Below, in pieces: positions 47,688 to 59,286 of a stretch of 64,000 bases of DNA (within the stretch, counting starts at the first letter, position 1; every line of letters begins with the position of its first letter). Made by a program: the position numbers and the translations under genes. The stretch lies in the NCBI RefSeq assembly GCF_009834535.1, contig NC_045696.1, positions 69,628,001-69,692,000 of the forward strand. Reading direction: 5' to 3'. The DNA is from Camelus ferus (Eukaryota). The notes below the pieces were generated by a model that searched no databases, was not told the origin of the DNA, and saw nothing but the letters and a program-made list of their open reading frames with translations.

Positions 47688-50600
47688 GAAAGTCTTTTGT
47701 TAAGGGTTCCTTCAGTGATACCAGCTTGTTTTGGTGTTGGCCCTCATATGGCATAGCCTGTATCAGGCTACATGAAGACACATCATGAAACCCCTTTCCT
47801 GAATATCACATAACAGAGTAAGTTAAATCAGGCTCTTATTTAAATGAGTTTGGCATATTTCAAAGGGGTTGATTTTTCATTTCTATTTGATTTAGAATTT
47901 AGGGAGATTATGAATGGAGAAATAACGTCCCTGAAGATCTGACATATGCTTCTTTTGGTGGCGTTATATAGTAAGCCATCAGAGTAAAAGGGGCCTTGGG
48001 GTTGGGTGTGACTGAACTGAGAACACTGCTCTTGGAAGGCGTTTGAGCAGGAACTGCAGTTGCAGATGTTGGTTGATCAGTTCCAGGGCTCTCTTTAGCA
48101 CACAAGGGGAGAGAGGTGGGCACCAGGGTGAACAGCAGGAGGTAACAAGCTGTCACCTGATCTACAAGAACATGGCCTGAAAATTAAGATGATAAAAGGA
48201 AAATGTATGGACTGGAAACTTAGGAAGAATCCTGACTGGTAGGCGAGAGAGGAAGGCTTCAGTAAAGGCAGATATACGTATGGTGTTCCCTGCCTCTTGT
48301 CATGCATGAAGATGGAAACGTGTCAAAATCTCACTGTAAACAGGGTCTGTTAAGACTCGATCTGCCTTCAGAGCCAGAGTTCAGTTCTGCCGTGCTTTTC
48401 AAAGGGTTTCTTTTTGGCTCAGTCATGGAGAAGCGAAGCCGTGGTTTGGGCTTCCAGCCACACTGGAGAGCCATCCGCTCCACGTTCTTTTCCTCACAAC
48501 ATGGCCTGGTTTATGTGAGGCTTGAGGAGAGCACGTCGCCCAGACTCACTGAGGCTTTTTGAAAGTCTGTCTTGTGGGCAGCCCTTATTGATTGATCTCA
48601 TTTCACAAACAGGAGCTTTTATGACTTTATTGCCGGTGCCTCGGGCCCGAGCACAGGCTGTACAGCTGCAGGTAGACCTGGTTATGACCCTTTGTAAAGC
48701 TGTTATTAAATCTTCTGCTCTCCTACCAGTGGTAAAGAAAGTGATGAACAGATGGCAGAGGGCCTCGGCTTTCTTACTTAATAAAGAAAGAGATACTAAC
48801 CCAGAGTGCTCATAAATGCCAAGCGGCCAAGTCACGTGAGAGGCCTGTGGCAGCCCTGAGCCTCCCTCAGCTGATTGGACAGCTTTGTTTCTTCAGAAAG
48901 TACTTCTTTCCATCGCACCTTCAAATCCCTGAGCACTCCCTGAACTTGGCATGTTCTGTTCTCTTAACCCAGGGTCAGCTCCTTCCACGTGTGCACTTCA
49001 GCCTCGGGACAGGCAGCCTTTGAGTTTTTTCCCCTCTCTACTCCTTGTGTAACTCTGTCGGCCCTCCTTGTTGATGTCAGGAAGATACCAACTCCTGGAA
49101 GAAGCTCTAAGTTGTCGCGGGGGGAGCGTGAGGGGTGAAGCGGAGGAGGAAGCTGTTGGGGACGTAATTGTAGGCAGCTGTGTGGCTGAGTAGTGCACTC
49201 TGGGTAATTATCCATAATATCCATTACACTGTGCATGGAAATTGTGGTTTTAGAACTGCGTTTTGGCAGGCCCCCTAATCAAATGTCTTTTGATAGGCAT
49301 CCAGCTTAGCACCCTCTCAATTATGACTGACTCGGCTTTAATCTGGAGCCATTTTAACTGTGAATCTGCATTAATGAATATTTTGGGGGGTAGGGTTGTT
49401 TGTTGAACATGTGGCAGATAACTGATGGCATGGGGAAGTTTAAAAGGACAGGCTGCTAGAAAGAGCCACTCCCTGTGCTGTGGCTGCTCTCTTAAGGAAG
49501 AAATACGCAAGGTTGTTTTTTTTTTTAAACTCTTTCGGCCTCCATCCTCAAGATGCCTGCTATCAACGTAATGAATGTAAAAGATGAAAGAGCTAGTAGC
49601 CAGCTAGTGCCTGCTCCCCTTCCCCCAGAAACGGGGCAGCCCTAATTCCCAGCTGCTCTGCAGTTGTGCCGCATCATGATTATTGCAAAAGGAGCAGTCC
49701 TGGTGAGGGCTACCAAATCACAGGGCCCTGGCCCAAGAGGATGAGTCAGTCACTATGGCTACCAGAGCTGCTTTGAAGTCTGTGCATATGTAAAACCCCT
49801 CTCCAGTAAGCTACTGCATATGCAAGTGACAGCAGAGGTCAAGGCTGAAGTTGAAGCATATTCCACCACTGAATATAGTAAAATGATGAGGTGGGGCTTT
49901 TTAGGATCCCTGCATCACTTATGGCTGATCGCAGTTCAAGTACAGTTTCAGAGTGTCAGTTCTTTTGAGCAGGGTAAAAGGACATGTATTGATTTAGCAG
50001 GTTTTCTTACCACTATTTCTATTTGTTTAAAATGTTTCTTCTCTAACCAGGGGAAAGTATTTTTGGTTAATATTGCCTTTGGGGCCATTTCAAAGAGTTG
50101 AATGGATGCAATATGGAGAAAGGAGGAGGGCCAGGGACATTGTGTGTGCCATGGGGGCACGGAGCAAATGAACGGACGTTTCACTTTCAGTTTCTTGCAA
50201 GGCAGAGTGGAATCATGGCTGTCGAATTACTGTAATAATTAGGACAGATGCATTCCTCATCTATCAGATCATTTCTGGTGTTTATTAAAGGTCACCTTAA
50301 AATCCTGAATTTGGAAGATGTTGCTCTCATTCTGCCCTGAATACTTCTTAAAAGTACTTTAAGTGAAATGTGATTTTATGATCTACTTTTCCACTTGCAG
50401 TCTCCCTACTTCTCATTTCCACGTTTAACATCTGGTGGTGTTTTGTTTTGTTTTGTTTGTTTTTTTTTTTTTAAGGCCAAAGGAATAGTTATTTTGGTTT
50501 TTAAGTTTCCGAGACTGACCTGAAATGTTCAAAGCATGACCCCTGGTTTGCATACACTTGAAGATCTCAGATTTCGGGGGTAATTCTCCTGCCTTGACAG

Positions 50601-51519
50601 TCATCCTTTTAATAGACTTACAAAAAAGGGTAACCACAAGCCAAAAACTTACAAGTGAGTCACAAAAACTAAATAAAATCCAAGATAATACAAACGAAAA
50701 TTACCAAACGACAGTCACCCTTTTCAGTAGGATTCGGGCTGTTGGGGTGCTTGGACGGAGATTGCATGGCTGTCCTGCTGAACTCTACTAGGGAGTCTTC
50801 TTGCTGTAAGGCTTCTTTACCCAAAGCTCCAATTAGATCGCCCAACACTGCACCTCAGGTGGACTGGGTTAGATATAATGCATTGCAGAACTGTTTGGGA
50901 AGCCTTGTTAATTTTTCATTAAGTAGATAATGGTGCTACGTGTTTTAATGTCCATTCTGCAGGTCTGCTGGGAGCAGGGGATTGGATGGCAGCAGGCTGA
51001 AATGATCTGATTCTCCTTTACTCCATGAGCTGCAATAAGTAAACATCTCCCAGCCCCTCTCCAATCTTATTAGAATTGAACTTTTGCTCTGCTGGCCCCA
51101 TTAGCAACTCACTAGTGTGTTTCTAATGTTTCAGGAATGACCACTCTAATTATTCCTTATTGACTGCTACAGAAACCATAGCACTTAATGGCAACATGTT
51201 AATGGTCTATGGGTATTGGTCAATAATTCATATGTGGAGAAACCGTGGAGAGCCTGCTTCCTCTGGGACACCAGCCAAGCCCTCTCTTATCTTAAAGTGC
51301 TAGGATTCTTCCACCGCTAGGTCTCACTTCTTAGCATTGTGACTGAATCATCACCTTGGTTGAATGTTTGGTCTTGAGGGAATTAAATGCTTTTCCTTCC
51401 AGATTAGAGAAACGGATCACTGACCAAAGCAGTCGGGTTGTAGAACTGGCTCTCTTGGGATTGGGAGAAAAACCACTAGGCCCAGGGAGCGAGTTTCCAT
51501 TACTTTCCTGTCTCTTCAG

Positions 51520-51621
51520 GTTGCTCGGCGTTGGGGCATCCAGAAGAACCGGCCGGCCATGAACTATGACAAGCTCAGCCGATCCCTACGCTATTACTAT
51601 GAAAAGGGCATCATGCAGAAG
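51520..51621 (+). CDS. ETV5: ETV5 exon 12 ([34 protein letters not shown]), ETS recognition helix
   Basis: cttcag| acceptor, AAG|gtgagc donor; 102 nt; ETS signature [14 protein letters not shown]. Confidence 0.98.
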
Positions 51622-53007
51622 GTGAGCAGTCCTGAGACACAGACCAGTCTGAGATGTGTTCAGGGCCTCTGTAGTGAGACGGGTATCATGGCGGCTGGGA
51701 GAAAATGTTAGCCTCGTGAGTGATTCTGTGGTAGGAAAATCTTGGAAAAACCAACGTAAGAGTGAAATGAGATAAAGAGCACCTTTAATGATCTTGGGTA
51801 CGTGAAAACCAGGGATTATGTGTGGAACACACTGTAGGAAAATTAGGCTCCTCTTCTTTCCTTATACTGCCTCTCCTCATGAAAACTCCAGACACTTAGG
51901 ACAACCATTATACCCATAAAGGAACAAGTGAGGGAATCAACTTGAAAGTCTCTGCTCCCATGAGAGCTTAGTTGAAGTCTTTAGTTATTAAAACGCCAAG
52001 ACCTCCAAATATGTTGGTTTAATACTCTTAAGTATTAGAGAAGTAAGAAGGTCTCATTTCTCTTTCTCAGAAACTGGAACAAGTTAAATCCAAGGTTTGT
52101 AAAATGGCAGCAGAATCACCTGGTAGCAGGTTGCAGAATAAAGGATAAAGCGTGTTTTGAGGAAGCCAATACCAAGTCCTCACTGATAAGTGGTAAAGGA
52201 CCACAGGTTTGAAATGCTGTGGGTAGGCAGGAGCTGAGAGTGGCAAATCCTTGATTTTTCTTAGCCACCAGATTTTATGCTGTAACTGTTACCCAGATTC
52301 TAGCATTTATACATTTAGGCCATCTACATGGTAGTAGCCAAGATGCATTTGGCAGAGATATCTGGGTCATTGCTTGCGGAGAATTTGTCTACGTTAAAGC
52401 CAGGTTTATCTTTCTCATAGGCAGGTGGTAATGTGGCCCCATATTCCTCTCATCACCTTATTAAAACAGCTGTTCATGGATGGTCTTCTGGATAAAATCC
52501 AGACTTTTTAGTGCTTCATACAGGCTGTTCCCAGTCTGAGCACCATCTAACCCCCCTTTACCAACTTGTACTTGGCTGCTTTCACTGGCATAGCCATCTT
52601 TCTCTTAATATAGTATCTGTTGACCAAAGAATACAAGTCACATTCAAGTTGTCAAGCATACTGTAAAATGAAAACCTTATTAGACTATCATCCTACTTAA
52701 GAACATTCCTAATGCCTTCATTACCTGGCCAGCCTCTGCTTGTTTTCTCAGTAATCACCTTTTCACTCCAAGAATTTGAAGTTCTCAGGCTGAGTTACTT
52801 TACGGTCCCTTTCTCTGCTTCTGAGAGCACCTGTGTGCGTCTCCATCACCCCCCTCCTCTCTGGTATTGTAAATCACTACATTACTTGTCAGTATCTGCC
52901 ACAGGAGTGTCAGCTCCTCGGGGGCAGAACTGAGGGTTTGGTTTCAGTGCTGGCAGAGTTAATAGATACCCTAGGACAGGTGGTCACTCCACCGTACCTC
53001 CCTCCAC

Positions 53008-53150
53008 TTTTTTTTTTTAAGAGTACAATTCAGTGGTTTTTAATATGTTGACAATAGTACAGCCACTACCACTTTAGAATTTTTCACCCCAAAAAAGAAA
53101 CCCTGAACCCATTACCAGTCACTTCCCCCCGAAACTTCATACAACCACTC
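53008..53150 (-). mobile_element. L1M 3' end fragment
   Basis: gtacaattcagtggtttt...ttagaatttttcaccccaaaaaagaaaccctgaacccatta. Confidence 0.7.
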
Positions 53151-54982
53151 TCCCCTGTCAGTGTTAACATTATCAGGTGGAATCCTAAATTCAGGAAGGA
53201 GGGCTGTCATTCCTTTGCTGTTCCCAGCTCCATATCCGAGGGAATGTAACCAGTTAACTTGAACGGATGGCAGTGAGTTGTCCCTATGACTAGTTCCTAG
53301 GTTTTCTAAGGAGGTAGAGGAAAACTCTGAGAACAAAACAGGAAGGCACAGGAATGAGGCTTGAGTGGGTTCAGATCCTAACACTCCCACTTATTTATGC
53401 TTTAGAGAAAGTCAGCCTAACATTTCCAATAAAAATGTCGATCGTAATCTCTAATCTCAAAGGGTAATATATGTGAAAATGTTTTAGAAACAGTAATGTG
53501 CTAGCCAATGTAAGGGATCATTGTAACGCTTATTATATGCCTCATGAGTAAATGAGAACTAAGTAGAAGGAGTGGTAGCATGTCAGTGTGGGGAGGGACT
53601 TAGGAAAGCTGTAGTCCCTACCGTCCAGTTTTTGAAAGAGAAATTGAGGTTCATAGAGGTTAAGACTTGTGAGGCACTGAACCAGGACTGGAAGCCATCC
53701 CCTCCTAGCTTCTGATCTAGTATTTCCACTATGTCTTCCTGCCTTGCTCCTCCACTTCATGAACTCAGGCTTGGGGTGGGGAACCAGAGATTTAACATAA
53801 AACTGGCTTTGAAAAAAAATGAATAGGGGTGACTTGATTATATACATCCATCCTTAAGACTTAGCTTACTGGTGAAGTTGCTGATCGTCCAGTTTCACAC
53901 ACACACAGCCCCTGATTCCTGGTGTTTGAATTCCGAGGAACGGTGGTGCAGATGCCCACACTCTGACTAGACGTAGTCCCCATAAAGTCATGTTTAAGGC
54001 ATATTTGGATAATTGTGCTGTTACCTCTATAACCTGCTGCATAGCAACATACTTTTTAAACCCAAGACCGAAAACAAACCCATATTTCTGCAACTAAAAG
54101 ATTTTAGAATCACAGCAGAATGACTGAAGGGCAGGATTAAACTCAAGATTTTGAATTTGAGTCTAAAATGTCAGTGTTTTAGCTGCTTTCCCTTGTCCCT
54201 TTGTGTTACCTGAGTGAAACCGATTCTTGGGTTTGATTTCCAGTGATCTGTGTCCCCTTGTGCTGATGCTAAAACACCCAGCAGACAAGGGGTGACCCCA
54301 TCGACCTAGATGGCTCATCAACTCTGTGAAGCTTCTGAATGATCAAGACCATTCAGTTCTAGTAATATAATGCATAAAACCCACACAAAGGTAGTTATCA
54401 GTTTTTTCAGTCTAGCAGAACCATGGAATGAGGAATTTAAAACTGCAGGTAAGCCAAAAAGCAATTCTGTTTGGCTTTGGAACAAACTTGAAATTTCCAC
54501 ATAGCTCTGATTGAATTCCTGGCCCCTCAAACTAACAAAGCTGTGCTGTGAAGACTGTCAGCTTTGGAGGTAACCAAACACATGGTCCAATTCCTGTACA
54601 ATCCTTGTGCCTTCTTGTAACACCAGGCACCAGCCTCAGCGTAACCATTCTAAGCTGCGAGTATAGCACAGTGAGGATTTTCTGTTAGAAGAACCTTTCT
54701 AGTATAACTTTGAAATGCAGATTTTTTTTCAGCTGCTGAGCTGTGGTGTCAACAAAACACTTGGCAGGTCCCCACGACTTATCAAAATAAATCTGAGTGA
54801 TTTGGATAATCAGCTACCACTGAGCCGCTTTTGAGGCTTCCCGAGAGCTTGATGACTTACAGATATCTCATTTTTCCTCCCTTGGTGCCCCGGCCCCTCC
54901 CTGTTCCAACTGGGCCCTGTAAGGTGTGTGCTCTCTCAGGTGGCCCGGTGAGCCTTCTGCTGAGGTGTGTTTTCTCTCTCAG

Positions 54983-55204
54983 GTGGCTGGGGAGCGGTAT
55001 GTCTACAAGTTTGTCTGTGACCCTGATGCGCTTTTCTCCATGGCCTTCCCTGACAACCAGCGTCCGTTCCTGAAAGCGGAGTCCGAGTGCCACCTCAGCG
55101 AGGAGGATACCCTGCCACTGACCCACTTTGAAGACAACCCAGCTTACCTCCTGGACGTGGACCGCTGCAGCAGCCTCCCCTATGCCGAAGGCTTTGCTTA
55201 CTAA
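54983..55204 (+). CDS. ETV5: ETV5 exon 13 coding part (VAGERYVYKF...YAEGFAY*)
   Basis: ctctcag| acceptor; TAA at 55202-55204; PEA3-family C-terminus. Confidence 0.98.
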   Translation: MAGERYVYKFVCDPDALFSMAFPDNQRPFLKAESECHLSEEDTLPLTHFEDNPAYLLDVDRCSSLPYAEGFAY

Positions 55205-57463
55205 GTTTCTGAGCGGCTGAGCGGCCAACCCTAGAGCTAGCAGTTCCCATTCAGGCAAACGAGGGCAGTGGTTTTGTTTGTGTTTTTGGCTGTTCCTAAA
55301 GCTTGCCCTTTGACTATTATCTGGAGCACCCAAGCTGTCTCCGGATTGGCACCCTTCAAGACAGGTACCTTGGCTGAGGAGTGGGAACAGGGAGAGGCAG
55401 AAAAACCACCAAAAGGCTGGTGCCTCAGCTCTGATCCTGACAAGGTTTCTGGGAGGAGATTGAAATGGAGCCTCCTTCCCATGGACAATACAGCAAAGCA
55501 ATACCTTGTTCAGGGTGATACCCACAAGCCAGGACAGAGTGTGAGACAATCTGCATGGATCACAGACTACTAAATGACTTTACCTAGAAGGGCTCCGATT
55601 TGCACAATTTATTGAAAAATCTCAAATCCATAGAACAAGAGATAGGCTAAGCTGGGGAGGCTCAAACCATGAAGGGTTACAAATCAAAATTCAGAGAGCT
55701 CTTCGAGCTCAATCTGAAACGGTTCCCCTTGGTCTAGGAAAAAAGGGGGAAGAGTATGAACAGCTGTTACCCACTCTGTGGTTCTCAAACCATTGCTACT
55801 CTTGGGAACCTTCTGGCCACGTGGTCACCAAACAGAGCAAGCTCCCTTTCTCTTCCCAGTCATATGGCTGTGTGTGGATGGCTTTAATTTTAGGAGCAGG
55901 GTAATTAACACTTTTGACAGTATTTTTGTTTTGCTTTGATTCGGGGGATTGTTTTGTTTTGGTGGTTGTTTTGGAAAAAACAGTTTATAAACTGATTTTT
56001 GTAGTTTTGGTATTTAAAGCAAAAAACCTTTTGGTAACTCTACACTGCATCCTTTAAACAGGGCAGTGCCGACTTATGAAGACGCTGCAGCTTGAAAGGG
56101 GCTTTGCTGGGGGCGCCCCCTTAGCCAAGTGCAAGCCCTCTTTATTGCCTGCTTTGTGCTTTCTGCACCAGACAGCCTGATGGAACATTTGCACCTGAGT
56201 TGTACATTTTTGAGGTGTGCAGGGTAGCCTGGACACACCATTTAGATTCTATGTGTATAGTCCCCCATGTTCCCTCACATGCCCTCTCTGGGAAGCATAT
56301 GTACATAATACACATCATGTCCATTTGAAACCTGGTCACCTGGTGGAAACCCTAGGGATTCTTCTCTGGGTATGACTGATGACAACTTCCATTTCAGTTT
56401 TTGTTTTCCTTTTTCTTTAATTCTCAGACTTTAAACCCTGCATATGATTCAATAGGGTTTGAGACTTAAACATGGGACACTGACAGGTAAAACAGTACTA
56501 GCATCTTAGTTTCCTGCCATTTTTTTTAAAAAGTTTTTTTCTGATTGCTGTTATATTGGAAGAGTTTTAAACAACATGGCTAAAGCTACATGAAAGTTAA
56601 GCTCAAAGTAGAGGAAAAGATACTAGAAAGTGGTAGCACCTTGCTGCCTGCTCTGCTGAGAGTTCTGGGCTTCCCTTAACACTCAGTACATAAAGAATTA
56701 CTGTGCTATTCTTCATACTCGAAGGACAGTGCTGAACAGGTGAGGGTAGGACTCGTGCTTTGAAATGCTTTTCTGTTGATGGAACGCTCTGTAGTCTCAA
56801 ACAGTCCCCCTGGTGACCAGGATCACATTTGTGAAGAGGGTCACAGAGATAAGGGGTGCATTTTATAGCTATGGAAACAAAATTTTCCTCTCTTGGAAGC
56901 TAATTAGCCCACAAAGGTATTGAACCTTTAGCTTGGGCCTTGATTAGCACTGTATTCTAATCAAAGGACTCTTTCCAAACCGTATTTATAGCTTTCTAAC
57001 CTACACATAGTCTATACATAGATGCATATTTTACCCCCTGCTGGCTAGAGATTTATTTGTTGTAAATGCTGTATAGGATTTGTTTTTCTTTTCTTTACTT
57101 ATCCGGGTTCGGGTTCTGTTGGGTTTTTTGGATGGATTTCTGCTGTCTTAGCAAGTACAAGAGACTCCTCTGTAGCCTGAGCTCCCCTCCCCCGCTGAGG
57201 CCACGTGGCCTGTGCTGTCACAGGACAGAGGCTGGCGGCATCACCGTTGCATTCCCATCAGACCCACGCACCTCCCTGATGGTTTTGGGTTTTTTATTTT
57301 GTTTTGGCTTTTTTCCAGAGCGTGGAAAGTCTACAGTGCAGAAAGGCTTTAACCTGCCAGTTGATTTGAAATACTTTCCCCTGCGCAGGGCCGTATGCAT
57401 CCTGCCAAGCTGCGTTATATTCTGTACTGTGTACAATAAAGAAGTTTGCTTTCGGTTTACCAA
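55205..57463 (+). other. ETV5: ETV5 3'UTR
   Basis: Follows the stop codon; no obvious repeats, U/GU-rich tracts; ends just after AATAAA. Confidence 0.85.
57423..57440 (+). terminator. Polyadenylation signal AATAAA (57435-57440) with two upstream UGUA elements
   Basis: TGTActgTGTAcAATAAA; cleavage expected near 57460. Confidence 0.85.
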
Positions 57464-57530
57464 GTGACTGAAATCTGCCTCTTTCTTGCCCTCAGTGGTC
57501 TAATTTTAAAGCAAGCAGGAGCCACCTGGT

Positions 57531-57991
57531 TGTAACCGAGCAGGACCCTGTGGAGCCTTCCAGGGTCAAACCCCTCCCCTATATCCTCTGCTGTAGCTCC
57601 TCTGAAGGACCCAGATAATAGTATCTCAAGTATATTTCCTGAGTTTCAGATGCTAAAAGCCACCACCAATGGGAAGAAGTTACTTGACGATCGAGAGCAC
57701 TTGGCCTCCAGACCTTCTGGCGCCTAGGGTTTGATAGTTTTGACCACCTTGTTCCCTCAGCATCAACCAGAGAACTGTGCATGAGCAGATCGTGTACCCT
57801 GCAACTCCCTCCCTCACCTGGCCTTTAAATATGCTTTACTGAAACCCTTCAGGGAGTTCGGGATCTCCTTGGGCTTGAGCCACCCTGTCGTCCTCCTTGC
57901 TTGGAGCAGAGAAAGATTTATTGCAGAACCAAACTCCAACATTTGTTTAGCCTCATGGTGCGGCAGGCACACGAACTTGCCTTCAGTAACA
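57531..57991 (+). mobile_element. ERV solo LTR (ERV1/MER41-like by eye), 461 bp
   Basis: TGTAAC...GTAACA termini; near-4-bp TSD tggt/tggc; TATA-like tttaaata near 57823. Confidence 0.75.
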
Positions 57992-58344
57992 TGGCGTTCC
58001 CTTCCTCTCTCAGCTGTTTAGCCTCACCAGCAGACTGTGGAGTTGAATCTTTACGTGAGTGTGCAGCTGCTCTGACCTCACCTCTTAAACCCTAGCTAAA
58101 GATTTATTCCAGATGAGTAGAAAGGCAGAGAGGTTTTCCCAACCAGTGGTGAGCTGACACCACCACCCATCCTCTTGAGCCCACCTACGTGCCAACTCTT
58201 AGCAACTTTAAAGCAGAGGTCACACTTGGGCCCTGGTTGTATGGAAAGATCACTAAGCTAGGACATCTAGTTCCAGGATGAGTCTAGCTCAGCCCCTTTA
58301 ATGGATACTTGGAAAAGCAGTAATTAAGAGGACCACTGATTTCC

Positions 58345-58530
58345 TTGTTTTCCCCAATAAGTTTTGACTTCGGGGTAAAAATTTCCCGTTTCCCCCACAA
58401 GTTTCGACTTTGAGGTAAAAATTTCCCATTTCCTCATTTCCCTCACCCCAACAACTTTTGGCTTTGAGGTAAGAATTTCACCCACTTCCTAGTTTTCCTA
58501 ACAGGTTTTGACCTTAACAGGTAAAAGCTT
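58345..58530. repeat. Degenerate tandem array, 4 copies of a ~35-40 bp unit
   Basis: Core ccca(a/c)aagttttgactttgaggtaaaaatttcc recurs at ~58351, ~58391, ~58446 and ~58496. Confidence 0.85.
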
Positions 58531-58630
58531 TACTTATAGCCGTTCCGTCAAAAACAGAAACTTAGGAAGGTTTTGGCTGTTCCCCTCCCAGCCATCCAGC
58601 AATAAAAACCTTTTTTCCAAGTTTGAACGA

Positions 58631-59286
58631 TGTTATTGAACCAGGTTCATTTTGCCTGACACTCGGCAAGCCAAAATGCTGAGACGCCAAGGTTTGCAGC
58701 AAAAAGACTTGTTCGCAAGACAGCCCAGCAAAGAAATGACGAAAGCCTCAAAACCGCCTCCCCAAGGCAAGAGGTGGGGGTACTTATGGGATAAGGAGTA
58801 AAGACGCAGGGGTCTGAGGCTTGGCAGGGCTTTGGGGGCGTGGGGAATGGTGATTGGAAAACGGTGCGGGAATCCCGGTTCTGCGCAGGCTTAACTAGGC
58901 TACAGGCCTCTGCATGCTCTGAGAGTGGAGTTTTCAGCCCTCCGACGTCAGGAGGTCACTATGCAAAACCAGCTGGAGGGTCTGTGGTCCCATCTAGTCT
59001 TAACCAGCTCCGCTCCAGCAAGACACAGCTGACTCCAAGTTCCTGGACACTATCAGTCAAATACGTTGTTTGGTCCTGTGCTGCTTGGAGGACGTGCGAG
59101 TCTTCAAACGACCTTGACAGTGAAGGTAGGTGAATTGGATTTAACCCACGATTTCAGGTGTATATGTATCACTTGGGGAAAGTGTGGGAGAAAATAGCTT
59201 GCAGAGCTGTATGCATAGGCCTTTTAGTGTTCTTATTTCATCCTTTTTCTGCACCTTAATTTGGGCTTTTCAAGACTCCTGTTTCA
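58631..59286 (-). mobile_element. ERV LTR in opposite orientation, related to the 57531 LTR; far boundary uncertain
   Basis: Begins tgttattgaaccaggttcattttgcctg, resembling the reverse complement of the first LTR's end (tgttactgaaggcaagttcgtgtgcctg); no clear TSD. Confidence 0.6.

Larger units (their letters stand above)
2318..57463 (+). other. ETV5: ETV5 (ERM) gene span, 13 exons; TSS and cleavage site approximate
   Basis: Spliced exons give a 509-aa ORF (MDGFYDQQVPF...PYAEGFAY) with an acidic N-terminus and a C-terminal ETS domain typical of ETV5; all exon phases are consistent. Confidence 0.98.

Noticed and set aside
54940..54947. 8-nt microexon using CCG|GTGAGC
   Set aside because: The following intron would be only 35 nt, too short for normal splicing
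54857..55549. 230-aa minus-strand ORF
   Set aside because: Antisense shadow of ETV5 exon 13; no recognisable domain or supporting gene structure
57531..57991. Interferon-inducible GAS enhancer in the MER41-like LTR
   Set aside because: I found no intact TTCNNNGAA motif in this copy, and the family assignment is by eye
58345..58530. CRISPR-like repeat-spacer array
   Set aside because: Mammalian context, degenerate repeats, short low-complexity spacers and no cas genes
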